Shown: piece after piece, positions 19,489-30,600 of the stretch
Layout of the letters: each line of letters opens with the position of its first letter
How positions within the stretch are numbered: the first letter of the stretch is position 1
Origin: Candidatus Omnitrophota bacterium
Lineage (GTDB): Bacteria; Omnitrophota; Gorgyraeia; Gygaellales; UBA12090
Assembly (NCBI GenBank): GCA_030674475.1
Contig: JAUSCZ010000023.1
Coordinates: 87,819-151,818, forward strand
Length of the DNA stretch: 64,000 bases
Reading direction: 5' to 3'
Made by a program: the position numbers and the translations under genes
Notes under the pieces: generated by a model
Seen by the model: only the letters and a program-made list of their open reading frames with translations
Told to the model about the DNA's origin: nothing
The model's database searches: none

Positions 19489-21495
19489 GTGACAATCAAT
19501 TTTAAAGAAAGCGCAAATTTTATCTGGGGTATTGCCGATCTTTTGCGCGGTGACTATAAACAGTCCGAATATGGTCGTATAATACTGCCTCTCACGGTTT
19601 TACGGCGTTTGGACTGTGTGCTTGAGCCGACCAAGGAAGCGGTTTTGTCATATCTTCCGCAGACCAAAGGCTTATCTCCGGAAGCCGCTGAGACGGTGCT
19701 TAAGAAAAAAGCGAAGTTGTCATTTTGTAATAAGAGCAAATTTGATTTCCAAAAACTGGTTGCCGACCCGAACGATATCGCCGTTAATCTTCGCAATTAC
19801 ATCAATGGTTTCTCCAAAAATGCCCGCAATATTCTGGAGCATTTCAACTTTGATGACCACATCGAGCGGCTCGATAAATCAAACCTCTTATATATGATCG
19901 TCAAGCGTTTTGCCGAAGTTGATTTGCATCCGAACAAGATCCAAAACATCGAGATGGGCTATATATTTGAAGAGCTTATCCGCAAATTCGCTGACTTATC
20001 AAACGAGACTGCCGGAGAACACTTTACGCCTCGTGAAGTTATTCGGCTTATGGTTAATATTCTCTTTCTAAACGACAAGGATGTCCTTACAAAGAAAGGA
20101 ATCGTTAAAACCTTATATGACCCGGCCTGTGGAACCGGCGGCATGCTTTCTGTGGCAGAAGAATATCTTCGCGAGCTTAACCCCGATGCGGATTTACGCG
20201 TATTCGGTCAAGAGTTAAATCCCGAGTCTTACGCTATTTGCAATTCCGATATGCTCATCAAGGGGCAGAATACCGATCACATCAAGTTTGGCAACTCTTT
20301 TACGCAAGACGGCCTTAAGGATGAAAAGTTTGATTATATGCTTAGCAATCCGCCTTTTGGCGTGGAGTGGAAAAAGATAGAAGAAGAGATTACTAAAGAA
20401 TACGAGCAGTTAGGTTTCTCCGGCCGTTTTGGCGCGGGGTTTCCGCGGATTAGCGACGGGTCTTTTCTGTTTCTACAGCATATGATTTCAAAGATGAAGC
20501 CGGAGAATGGCGGCGCGCGGCTGGGGATAGTCTTTAATGGTTCGCCTCTTTTTTCAGGCGGAGCCGGAAGCGGTGAAAGCGAAATCCGCAAATGGATCAT
20601 TGAAAATGATATGCTTGAGGCCATTATCGCGATGCCGGATCAGCTTTTCTATAACACCGGTATTTCAACTTATATCTGGATTGTTACCAACCGTAAGCTC
20701 AAGGATCGTAAAGGAAGAATTCAACTTATCAACGCGGTCGGATTCTTCAAGAAGATGTCCCGGAGCCTCGGCAACAAACGTAATGAGATCAGCGATGAAC
20801 ATATCGCGGAGGTCACAAAGATTTATGGCGCGTTTAAAAATGGGGAATTCAGCAAGATCTTTCCTAATGAGTATTTTGGGTATACCCGTGTAACGGTCGA
20901 GCGGCCATTGCGGTTGAATTTTCAAACTTCCAATGAGAGGATCTCCCGGCTGGATCAGCAAACAGGATTCGTTAATCTTGCCAAGTCTAAGAAAAAAGGC
21001 AGGGAAGGTATCAAAGAGGTTGAGGAAGGCGAAAAATCACAGAAAGCAATCAAAGCTATGCTTGCGGGAATAGACGGAACTCATTTCTATAAGAACCGGG
21101 AGAAGTTTGTAAGGGTTATGGAAGCGGCTATAGATAAGGCTGAATTAAAGATTAAAGCGCCGGTAATAAAAGCTATTCTTGGGGCCCTTTCGGAGAGGGA
21201 TGAGACAGCGGATGTGTGCAAGGACAGGGATGGTAAGCCGGAACCCGACAGCGAATTACGCGACTGTGAGAATGTGCCGCTCGCAGACAACATTGAAACC
21301 TATTTTAAGCGTGAAGTTCTACCTCACGTGCCGGACGCGTGGATGGACAGAGGCAGGGACAAGGTTGGATATGAGATCAACTTTACGAAGGAATTCTACA
21401 AATACAAACCATTGAGAAGCATCAAGGAGATACAAAAAGACATTTTAGAATTAGAGCAACAAACAGAAGGTTTATTAAAGGAGATTTTGCAATGA
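19489..21495 (+). CDS. hsdM: type I restriction-modification N6-adenine DNA methyltransferase subunit M (ORF is open from 19411; the GTG at 19489 has a perfect AAGGAG box 7 nt upstream)
   Basis: HsdM N-terminal domain (NFKESANFIWGIADLLRGDYKQSEYGRIILPLTVLRRLDCVL), motif I DPACGTGGML, motif IV NPPFG. Confidence 0.9.
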   Translation: MTINFKESANFIWGIADLLRGDYKQSEYGRIILPLTVLRRLDCVLEPTKEAVLSYLPQTKGLSPEAAETVLKKKAKLSFCNKSKFDFQKLVADPNDIAVNLRNYINGFSKNARNILEHFNFDDHIERLDKSNLLYMIVKRFAEVDLHPNKIQNIEMGYIFEELIRKFADLSNETAGEHFTPREVIRLMVNILFLNDKDVLTKKGIVKTLYDPACGTGGMLSVAEEYLRELNPDADLRVFGQELNPESYAICNSDMLIKGQNTDHIKFGNSFTQDGLKDEKFDYMLSNPPFGVEWKKIEEEITKEYEQLGFSGRFGAGFPRISDGSFLFLQHMISKMKPENGGARLGIVFNGSPLFSGGAGSGESEIRKWIIENDMLEAIIAMPDQLFYNTGISTYIWIVTNRKLKDRKGRIQLINAVGFFKKMSRSLGNKRNEISDEHIAEVTKIYGAFKNGEFSKIFPNEYFGYTRVTVERPLRLNFQTSNERISRLDQQTGFVNLAKSKKKGREGIKEVEEGEKSQKAIKAMLAGIDGTHFYKNREKFVRVMEAAIDKAELKIKAPVIKAILGALSERDETADVCKDRDGKPEPDSELRDCENVPLADNIETYFKREVLPHVPDAWMDRGRDKVGYEINFTKEFYKYKPLRSIKEIQKDILELEQQTEGLLKEILQ

Positions 21496-22583
21496 AAAAA
21501 CCATATGCTCCGCAATCATTGCCGCTTGATTCATTAGATTGGGTTAGATTTGTTTCGCTTATAGGACCGGCCAATGCCGAATTGGCGCGCTATGACGGAA
21601 TTCTGCAAGGGATTCTTAACCCTAGAGTACTGCTTTCCCCGCTAACAACCAATGAGGCAGTTCTTTCTTCAAAAATTGAAGGAACGCAGGCTTCGTTACA
21701 GGAAGTTTTGGAGTTTGAGGCATCCCCTGATTTAAGAACAGAGAAGCGAGAAGATATTCTGGAGATTCTCAATTATCGTAAGGCGATGCAGTTGTCCGTA
21801 GATTGGCTTAAGTCCAAGCCCATTACGCTTAATATGATCAAGGATGTTCATAACACGCTTTTAGACAGCGTGAGAGGTAAGGATAAAGCCCGCGGGCAAT
21901 TTCGCAGGTTACAAAATTGGATTGGGAAACCCGGGACGCCCATGGAAGAAGCTATGTATATTCCTCCAGACCCTATGTTTCTCATGGATCATTTATCCAA
22001 TTTTGAGAAATATATCCATTTTGATGAAAAAGACCGGCTTGTTCAGTTAGCCATCGTTCACGCGCAGTTTGAAATTATTCATCCTTTTTTAGATGGGAAT
22101 GGACGTTTGGGGCGTATTCTGATACCACTCTTTCTTTATGAGAAGAAAGCATTAGGGTCGCCGATGTTTTATATCAGTGAATATCTGGAATCCCATCGCG
22201 ATGAATATTACGCCAGGTTGAACGCGATAACCTCCGATGGGCAATGGAACGACTGGATTGAGTTTTTCTTAAAAGCCGTGCTTGAACAGGCAAAGAATAA
22301 TAGCGCAAAGGCAAAGGCTATCTTAGATCTTTACAATGCCAAAAAAGATAAGATTATGGCCGTAACTCATTCGCAATATACAGTTAAAATTTTGGATACT
22401 TTATTCAAGACGCCGATTTTTAATATGACTGATTTTATAAAAATTTCAGGTATTCCCAAAGCAAGCGCAACCCGAATTCTGAATATTCTTAAAAAAGAAG
22501 AAATGCTGGCGGTTTTACATCAAGGGAGAGGGAGATCTCCCGGGGTTATGGCTTTTACCAAATTATTAAAGATTTGTGGCTAA
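21492..22583 (+). CDS. Fic/Doc family protein (AMPylase-type, with C-terminal winged-helix) inserted between hsdM and hsdS
   Basis: Canonical Fic motif HPFLDGNGRLGR; overlaps the hsdM stop by 4 nt. Confidence 0.85.
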   Translation: MKKPYAPQSLPLDSLDWVRFVSLIGPANAELARYDGILQGILNPRVLLSPLTTNEAVLSSKIEGTQASLQEVLEFEASPDLRTEKREDILEILNYRKAMQLSVDWLKSKPITLNMIKDVHNTLLDSVRGKDKARGQFRRLQNWIGKPGTPMEEAMYIPPDPMFLMDHLSNFEKYIHFDEKDRLVQLAIVHAQFEIIHPFLDGNGRLGRILIPLFLYEKKALGSPMFYISEYLESHRDEYYARLNAITSDGQWNDWIEFFLKAVLEQAKNNSAKAKAILDLYNAKKDKIMAVTHSQYTVKILDTLFKTPIFNMTDFIKISGIPKASATRILNILKKEEMLAVLHQGRGRSPGVMAFTKLLKICG

Positions 22584-22735
22584 TAAAATTGCCTTTATCG
22601 TACATAACAATTCTTGTGTATATTCTATTGCGCGCAAATTACTTTGTGTCTCGTAATATCATATAAATGAGACACAAATTGGTTTATGAATAATGCGTGA
22701 AACACGAGCCATTTATAGCATAACTCATTATTTAA

Positions 22736-22861
22736 CAGACGGTTATGAAATACATAAAAATAGAATATCAGTCTTTACGTAGCCTTGAGGAAATTAGCAA
22801 AGATATCCTGGCCCTGGAAAAAGGAACTGAGGGGTTGATGGATGAGATTTTGGGAGGATAG
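22736..22861 (+). pseudogene. remnant of a second hsdM 3' end (about 40 codons)
   Basis: Translation TVMKYIKIEYQSLRSLEEISKDILALEKGTEGLMDEILGG parallels the C-terminus of the intact HsdM (TKEFYKYKPLRSIKEIQKDILELEQQTEGLLKEILQ). Confidence 0.6.
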
Positions 22862-22866
22862 ATAGT

Positions 22867-24213
22867 ATGAGTAACAATGATAATTATAGGATTGGAGAAC
22901 ATATCCGTGAAGACGGAAAGAAATATGCGGAGTTTGATACATTGGGTTTTGACTCTACGCGGGAAATTTTCATAAAAGTCATTAAGCCTGCGGGGCCTCC
23001 TCTGACGATTGGACTATATGGCTCGTGGGGAAGCGGAAAAACTGAGATGATAAAGGCGCTGGAAGAGGATTTAAAAACCAGCGACTGTTTAACGTTGATT
23101 TTTGATGCGTGGAAATATAGATATGAATGCAACTTGATTTTGCCTCTTATCTGTGCCCTTCAGCGGGAGCATCTATCTAAAATTGAGGATGCCAAAGATA
23201 GCGCTAAGAAGATAGTAACAAGCGCCGCGCTGGTTATGGCTAATCAGTTTCTTAAAAATAAGATAGGAGTTAATATCGGAGAAGTAAAGATGGCTCTCCA
23301 GACTTATGAGGAGGAATACAAACACTACAAGAAATACGATGATAATGTTGCGTTGATAGAGAAAGAATATAAGGATTTTATTGGGGTCCTTTTGAATAAA
23401 ACAGAGAAGAAAAAATTAACAGTATTCATCGATAATCTTGATCGTTGCCTTCCGGATATTACTGTAAACCTTTTAGAGGATATTTCTAGTTTTCTTTCGA
23501 TTCAAGGGGTGCCATGTATTTACGTGTTAGCAATGGATAAAGAGAATGTTATTAAGGCAATAAATCATCGTTACCCGGATTTTGACGGAATGCATTATTT
23601 AGAGAAAATCGTACATATCGGATTGAAGATGCCTTTGCCACGTAAAAGAGAAAATCACAACTCCAGTTATGGGACATATCATTTTCTCAAAAGATATGAG
23701 TGGGGTAAAAAATATGAAGCAGTTTCAAAATCTGGGGATTCAAGGGATAAATTGTTTGAAAGATTAGTTGCTATCGATAATGTGTTTGGAGGTGACCTTT
23801 TAGGAAATCCTCGGCGTGCAGAGCGTATCGTGAATAAGCTGATGATGTTAGAGATAATGGGGTTATTCCAGGCAGAAAGAAGCCATGACGACGTCTCTAT
23901 GTTGATTTTTTTATTGCTTCTTTGCGAGTATTTCCCGAAAATTTACGAGTCTTTAAAAGATAATGCGGATTTTAAATATCTGTTGGAAAATTTACAGATG
24001 TGCAAACAAAAAGAAACCACGCCATTTAATCAAAGAAAAGAAAGAGAAAGGCTTGAACCAAACTCGCGCATTCCAAACGAGATTATCTTTAATGCATATT
24101 GCGACGATGAAAAATTTTTCCATTTTATTAGAGACTTTGCAGATTTGGCAAATATTAATGATCTGCCAAAAAGGTTGATGGAAATAAAAAGTAATTTGGG
24201 TTATATCGGATGA
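22867..24213 (+). CDS. KAP-family P-loop NTPase
   Basis: Walker A GLYGSWGSGKT near the N-terminus, Walker B-like VFIDNLDRC, 448 aa; typical KAP NTPase architecture. Confidence 0.7.
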   Translation: MSNNDNYRIGEHIREDGKKYAEFDTLGFDSTREIFIKVIKPAGPPLTIGLYGSWGSGKTEMIKALEEDLKTSDCLTLIFDAWKYRYECNLILPLICALQREHLSKIEDAKDSAKKIVTSAALVMANQFLKNKIGVNIGEVKMALQTYEEEYKHYKKYDDNVALIEKEYKDFIGVLLNKTEKKKLTVFIDNLDRCLPDITVNLLEDISSFLSIQGVPCIYVLAMDKENVIKAINHRYPDFDGMHYLEKIVHIGLKMPLPRKRENHNSSYGTYHFLKRYEWGKKYEAVSKSGDSRDKLFERLVAIDNVFGGDLLGNPRRAERIVNKLMMLEIMGLFQAERSHDDVSMLIFLLLLCEYFPKIYESLKDNADFKYLLENLQMCKQKETTPFNQRKERERLEPNSRIPNEIIFNAYCDDEKFFHFIRDFADLANINDLPKRLMEIKSNLGYIG

Positions 24214-24229
24214 TGGCGAAGAAGAACTT

Positions 24230-25474
24230 ATGAAAAGGTATCCTGTATATAAAAATTCGGGGATTGAGTGGATTGGGAAAGTGCCGCAAGATTGGCAAGT
24301 TAATCGCCTGAAAACAGTCTGTACTTTTACCTATGGAGATTCTTTGGCGGATGAAGATCGGATTGAGGGCGGCATCCCTGTTTATGGCTCAAACGGAATT
24401 GTCGGTTATCATAACAAAGCAATTACCCATAAGCCGTGCATTATTATCGGGCGCAAAGGTTCATACGGCAAAGTGAATTTTTCGCAAACAGAATGCTTCC
24501 CAATTGATACTACCTATTTTGTTGATGATCGTTCAGCAAAATGTGATTTGAAATGGCTTAGCTATGTTTTGCCGCTTTTAGAACTGGATAAATTTTCCAA
24601 GGACACCGGCGTTCCAGGGCTTAATCGCGAAGATGCGCATGATAAAAGAGTGCCAATTCCTGAAAGTGAGGTTAAAAAAGTCATTACTGATTATCTTAAC
24701 CGCAAGACGGCGCAGATTGATGACCTGATTGCTAAAAAAGAGCGCATGATTGAGCTTCTCAAGGAGGAGCGGACGGTGATTATCAATCAGGCTGTGACAA
24801 AGGGGCTTAATCCCAAAGCTGAAATGAAAGAATCTGGCATTGAATGGTTAGGTAGGGTACCGAAACATTGGAGACTAAAACGGCTGAAATATGTCGTCAA
24901 TATCAATCCAGTAAGACCAAATACAATTTCAGAAGAATCAAAGGTTATTTTTATAGCCATGGAATCTATGAGTACTGACGGAACTTATGACAATTCTGTT
25001 ATGCGTTCATATTTAGAAGTAAAGACCGGATTTACTTATTTTGCTGAAGACGATGTAATTTTTGCTAAAATAACACCATGTTTTGAAAATGGCAAGGGGG
25101 CATTACTCCGTAATTTAGGATCTGCCATTGGCTTTGGCTCAACAGAATTTCATGTTTTGCGTTCAGTGAGAAATGAAACAATTCCAGAATATTTGTATTT
25201 TCTTACAATCTCTGGGTTATTCCGGAGATTAGGCGAAGCATTTATGCAGGGCGTGGCTGGACAGAAAAGAGTAACAAACGATTTTGTGCAAAATTTTCTT
25301 ATTGGAGTGCCTCCGATTGATGAGCAAGAGGCCATTTCCTCTTTTCTTGCAGATAAAATAAGAAAAATCGATGCGCAAGTGGCGCGAGAACAAAAATCAA
25401 TCGAGCTGCTCAAAGAATACCGCACTTCTTTGATCTCTGAAGTAGTAACGGGGAAAATCTGTTTATGCGAGTAA
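24230..25474 (+). CDS. hsdS: type I restriction-modification specificity subunit S (two target-recognition domains)
   Basis: Two variable TRDs separated by the conserved central repeat (TAQIDDLIAKKERMIELLKEERTVIINQAVTKGL) and C-terminal repeat (IRKIDAQVAREQKSIELLKEYRTSLISEVVTGKI). Confidence 0.85.
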   Translation: MKRYPVYKNSGIEWIGKVPQDWQVNRLKTVCTFTYGDSLADEDRIEGGIPVYGSNGIVGYHNKAITHKPCIIIGRKGSYGKVNFSQTECFPIDTTYFVDDRSAKCDLKWLSYVLPLLELDKFSKDTGVPGLNREDAHDKRVPIPESEVKKVITDYLNRKTAQIDDLIAKKERMIELLKEERTVIINQAVTKGLNPKAEMKESGIEWLGRVPKHWRLKRLKYVVNINPVRPNTISEESKVIFIAMESMSTDGTYDNSVMRSYLEVKTGFTYFAEDDVIFAKITPCFENGKGALLRNLGSAIGFGSTEFHVLRSVRNETIPEYLYFLTISGLFRRLGEAFMQGVAGQKRVTNDFVQNFLIGVPPIDEQEAISSFLADKIRKIDAQVAREQKSIELLKEYRTSLISEVVTGKICLCE

Positions 25475-25483
25475 TGTTACGAG

Positions 25484-26692
25484 GTGTTGATTATGCCACA
25501 TAGTATTCCGGCACTTGTTACGCCATCGGTTATGAGGTGGGCGCGAGAACAGGCAGGGTTTGACATCCCGACTGCTGCGCATCGTATTGGACGTTCAGAA
25601 GCAGATATTCGAGCATGGGAAAATGAAGCGACAACGACAAGGCCAACTTTGGCGCAAGCTCGTAAAGCAGCTGAAGTATATCGTAGGGCACTGGCAGTTT
25701 TTTATCTATCGGAACCACCCAAAGGATACCAAGTTATTAGGGACTTTAGACATTTAACAGATGCCAGTCTGCAAGCATTTAGTCCTGAATTGATGCAGGT
25801 AATTAATTTATTAGAATATAGACAAGAGTGGTTAAGAGAGTGGCGGATTGAAGAAGGGGAAAAAAAGATTGATTTTATTGGGTCTATAGCGATTACTATG
25901 GCGCCAGATAAAGTCGCTGGTGAAATAAAAGATAAGCTAGGCGTTGATTTCAAAGAGCATTTTAAGCGTCGGACTCGCGAGGATACATTATTGTTATGGG
26001 TTCGTTATGCAGAAGCTTTAGGCATTAATATCTGTCGTCAAGGCGAAATTGCATGTGAAGAAGCTAGGGGCTTCGTACTAACGGATGAATACGCCCCCTT
26101 TGTGTATATTAATAGTTCTGATGCAAAGGTGGCCCAACTTTTTACCTTAGTTCATGAGTTGGTACATTTGTGGCTTAACTTGTCAGGTATTTCTAATCTT
26201 GAAGGTATTGGGCGCACTGGGAAGACAGAAAACGACCGGATTGAAATATTTTGCAATAAAGTCGCATCGTTAGTATTGCTGGATGATAAACTATTCTTAG
26301 AGAAATGGGCAAAAACAGATACAAACGACCCTCTTGAAAAAAAGATAGCAGATGTCGCTAACATTGCAAAGGTTAGCGATGAAGTAGTTGCTAGGCGTCT
26401 TTTAGACAAGAGTATAATTACCATTGATAAATACGTTGATTTACGCAGGCAGTTTCAAGAGCGCTGGATACAGCATAAAAAAGACGCAAAGATTAGAAGA
26501 CAGGATTCCAAGGGTTATCCTTCTCCGCACTTAATGGCTGTCTTGGGAAATGGAAGGCTTTTTACCACAGCTGTCTTAGATTCATATTCTGGGGGATTTT
26601 TGTCGAGTACAATCGCGGCTAGTTTGTTAAATGCGAAAGTTAACAATTTCCAGAAGCTATCCGTATATGCCGGTATGGGTGAGGGGAAATAA
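25484..26692 (+). CDS. ImmA/IrrE-family zinc metallopeptidase fused to an N-terminal Xre-type HTH (COG2856-like)
   Basis: HEXXH motif HELVHLWL, N-terminal HTH region, 402 aa. Confidence 0.7.
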   Translation: MLIMPHSIPALVTPSVMRWAREQAGFDIPTAAHRIGRSEADIRAWENEATTTRPTLAQARKAAEVYRRALAVFYLSEPPKGYQVIRDFRHLTDASLQAFSPELMQVINLLEYRQEWLREWRIEEGEKKIDFIGSIAITMAPDKVAGEIKDKLGVDFKEHFKRRTREDTLLLWVRYAEALGINICRQGEIACEEARGFVLTDEYAPFVYINSSDAKVAQLFTLVHELVHLWLNLSGISNLEGIGRTGKTENDRIEIFCNKVASLVLLDDKLFLEKWAKTDTNDPLEKKIADVANIAKVSDEVVARRLLDKSIITIDKYVDLRRQFQERWIQHKKDAKIRRQDSKGYPSPHLMAVLGNGRLFTTAVLDSYSGGFLSSTIAASLLNAKVNNFQKLSVYAGMGEGK

Positions 26693-27186
26693 TGGACTTG
26701 AATAAGAAATACTGTCTTGATGCCAATGCATTTATTGAGCCATGGAATAAATATTTCACTATTAACCGGTGTCCTGGATATTGGGATATTTTAGAGGATT
26801 TGGGCAAGAAGCTAATTATTTTTTGCCCTGATCAAGTTAAGCGAGAAATTGATAGGGTCGACGATGGTCTAAAATCGTGGCTCGATGCGAGGCATTTCTT
26901 CTTTAGGCAAGAAACAGAGGTTGTACAGCAACATGTGCGTACGATTTTAAAAGCATTTCCTCAGTTAATCAATGTTGGGGCAAATCGGTCTATGGCCGAT
27001 CCATGGGTTATTGCTCACGCAATGGCTGAACAGGCGGTTGTAGTAAGTAAAGAATATCTGGTGCGTCCGGGACAGAAGAGTGCACAAATAAAGGTCCCAG
27101 ATGTGTGTAAGCATTTCAAGATCGCCTGTATTAATGATTTTAGTTTTATTGATGAGCTTGGCATAAAATTTAAGGCTAGTATTTAA
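26692..27186 (+). CDS. DUF4411-family protein (recalled as a predicted PIN-like nuclease partner of ImmA/IrrE; not verified)
   Basis: 164 aa; start overlaps the ImmA/IrrE stop (ATGA). Family assignment is from memory of the sequence pattern and the usual ImmA/IrrE pairing. Confidence 0.45.
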   Translation: MDLNKKYCLDANAFIEPWNKYFTINRCPGYWDILEDLGKKLIIFCPDQVKREIDRVDDGLKSWLDARHFFFRQETEVVQQHVRTILKAFPQLINVGANRSMADPWVIAHAMAEQAVVVSKEYLVRPGQKSAQIKVPDVCKHFKIACINDFSFIDELGIKFKASI

Positions 27187-27619
27187 ATTTGCGGATGAGG
27201 CAGTTTAAGTGCTATTTATAGTTTTTTTGAAGGGTTAATGAGGAGCTGGGGGGATTGATAAAATGAAAAGGGGCTGTTAGGTTCGGGCCAACAACCCCTC
27301 AGAAATGCCGACGGCTTTACTTGGTAAAGCCTTTATATAGTATATCATAGCATAGCATATATGCAAAAAAATAAAATTTTAGTGGATGGTGCAAAGTTGT
27401 TATTGAAATACGTGCATCAACAATGCAAGAAATATTACTCCAACCGCTGGTTGGAGTAATCGGCTGAGATGTTAGCTATATTTTGTTTTGGGCCTGATTT
27501 TTTATGTAACGCGATGTAACTGAAAGTGTTTAAAAATATAAACATTATTACAATACATTGATAATAAATGAGTTATGAGCATAAAGCATGTATCTTATAT
27601 GTAATTTTTGAAATAATTT

Positions 27620-30600
27620 ATGAGGCTTAGAATGGTTTCAATTATTAACGAAAAAGCTTTTGAAGAATCCATCGAACAAAGCCTGATTGATCATGGCGGC
27701 TATGTGAAGGGCGATCCGAATAATTTCAGTCGGGATCTGGCGATTGATCAAGCGGTCCTGTTTCAGTTCATCAAGGATACCCAGAAGAATGTTTGGGATA
27801 GCTTGACGGCTATCCATGGCGCGGATGTTGAAAAGAAGTTTTTATATCGTCTCAATCAAGAACTGGACGCGCGTGGAATGCTTGATTGTTTGCGCCGCGG
27901 CGTCACTGATTATGGCAAGAAAATCATGCTCGCCTATTTTAAGCCGGTCAGCAAATTAAACCCGGAAACCCAGAAACTGTTCGATAAAAACATCCTCACC
28001 GTTACCCGGCAGGTTCATTACAGCACCAAAGATGAAAGCTCGATAGACATGCTTTTGTCTATCAACGGCCTTCCTGTGGCTACCATTGAGTTAAAGAACC
28101 CGTTTACCGGTCAGGATGTGGATGATGCCAAGCGGCAGTATAAATATGACCGCGACGAGCGTGAGCTTTTGTTTCAGTTTAAGAAGCGCGCCCTTGTCCA
28201 CTTTGCCGTGGATACGGATGTTATTTACATGACTACGCGCCTTCAGGGGAGCAAGACAAGGTATTTGCCTTTTAATAAAGGCTATAACAAAGGTTCCGGG
28301 AATCCCCCGAATCCAAGCGGCCATAAGACAGCGTATTTATGGGAAGTCGTCTTGGTAAAAGATAGCTGGATGGATATCTTGGGAAGATTTTTGCATTTAG
28401 AAGTTGAAGAAAAGGCTTTTGATGGTAGAAAGTTCAAGATTGAGACACTGATATTCCCGCGCTATCACCAGCTTGATAGCGTCCGGAAGCTTTCCTCCGA
28501 TGCTCTTGCAAATGGAGCAGGAAAGAATTATTTGATTCAACACAGCGCCGGGAGCGGAAAAAGCAATTCTATCGCATGGCTTGCCTATCATTTGGCGGGC
28601 CTGTATGACAAAGGCGATAAGCGGATATTTGACGCAGTGATTGTGATCACCGATCGCATTGTTCTGGATAAGCAGTTACAGGATACGATTTATCAATTTG
28701 AGCACAAGTTAGGGGTGGTTGAGAAGATTGACAAAGATTCTACCCAATTGGCTCAAGCTCTCACCAGCGGAACGAATATTATTATCACCACGCTTCAAAA
28801 ATTTCCCTTTGTTTTGGATAAGGTTGGGGCATTGCCTAGGCGAAATTACGCGGTTATTGTTGATGAGGCGCATAGCTCGCAGGGTGGCGAATCCGCTAAA
28901 AAAATGAAAGACGTTCTTTCGGCCCTTGATAAAACCGAGATCGTATCGGAGAAGGCCGATGAGGACGATGATATTGAAGATGAAATCCGTGAATCCATGC
29001 TTAAACGGGGCCCTCGGCCAAATTTGAGCTTCTTTGGATTTACCGCAACACCCAAAGCAAAAACGCTGGAGTTTTTTGGACAAAAGGGCATAGACGGCAA
29101 ACCACAACCATTTCATCTTTATTCTATGCGGCAGGCGATCGAAGAAAGATTTATTTTTGATGTCCTTGAAAACTACACTAGCTATCAAACATTTTTCCAG
29201 TTGTCCAAGAAGATCGAAGACGACCCGAATATGAATAAGAAAAAGGCCGCCTGCGCGATTGCGCGCTTCTTGACGCTCCATCCGTATAACTTGGCGCAGA
29301 AGACCGAGGTCATGATTGAGCATTTCCGGCAGGTCACTATGAAAAAGATCGGTGGTAAAGCTAAAGCGATGGTAGTTACGGCTTCGCGCGAGCATGTGGT
29401 GCGGTATAAACATGAGTTTGACCGTTATCTAAAAGAAAAAGGGTATAAAGATATAAAGGCTCTCGTTGCTTTTTCCGGAAAAGTTTTATTGGATGGAATT
29501 CCTCCGGAATATACCGAAGAGGGTATTAATACCTATATTGATAAACAAGGGCAAACCAGATATGTTAGGGAAAAGGAGTTACCTGGGAAGTTTGCTACTT
29601 CTGAATATCAGATTTTACTTGTAGCAGAAAAATATCAGACCGGCTACGATGAGCCGCTTTTGCATACCATGTATGTGGATAAGCGGCTTGACGGCGTTAA
29701 AGCGGTGCAGACGATGAGCCGTTTAAACAGGACGTGTCCGGGTAAAGAAGATACATTTATCTTGGACTTCGTTAATAAGCGCGAAGACATATTAGCGGCT
29801 TTCCAGCCATATTATGAGCAGACCCAGTTAAGCGATGTTACGGATCCGAACAAGCTTTACGACCTCAAAACCAAGCTGGATTCGTTTAGGGTGGTATATC
29901 AATCAGACATTGATGCATTCTGTGTCGTATTCTTCAGGAATAAAGAATTACAGACGAAGCGCGAGCATGCTCAATTGAATTCAATAGTAGATGTGGCGGT
30001 TGAGCGGTTTAAGGTAATTGAAAAAGATGAGCACAAAGAAGATTTTGTCAATACCTTGGGCGTATTTGTTCGGCTGTATGCGTTCTTGGCGCAGATTATG
30101 CCCTTTCAGGATATTGAGCTCGAGAAATTCTACGCCTATTCCCGACTATTGTTGAAAAAACTTCCGGGGCCTGACCGCGGCGAAAGGTATCATCTTGGCG
30201 ATGAGGTCGCTCTTGAGTATTACCGCCTGCAAAAAATAGCTGATGGCAAAATTCAATTGCAAAAGGATTCGGGTGCGGCTATCGAGCCGATTTCAGAGGC
30301 CGGAACAAAGAAAGACAAAGACGAATACGCCTTGTTGTCCGAAATAATCAATCTTCTTAATGACAGATTCGGGACTGATTTTACCGAAGCCGACAAGCTT
30401 TTCTTCGATCAGATTGAAGAAGAAATGGTTATGGATGAGAAATTAGGCGTTCAAGCCAAGACCAACACAATGGATAATTTCAAATACGGGTTTGAAGATG
30501 TGTTTATCGCGAAGCTTGTTGACCGGATGGATCAGAATCAGGATATCTTCAACAAAATTATGGATGACAAAGCTTTCGCGGCTGTCGTAAAAGACTATTT

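Noticed and set aside
27225-27300. 72-nt tRNA-like stretch (gaagggtt ... ggttcggg ... aacccctc) in the hsdR upstream region; a possible integration-site remnant
   Set aside because: A 6/7 acceptor pairing and a GGTTCGGG T-loop-like segment are present. I could not fold convincing D and anticodon arms or place the conserved T54/Psi55/C56 register, so at best it is a decayed tRNA fragment. tRNAscan or Infernal would decide.
28709-29413. 234-aa minus-strand ORF
   Set aside because: Lies entirely inside hsdR, whose plus-strand frame carries unambiguous helicase motifs (DEAH box, motifs III and VI). It is a shadow ORF.
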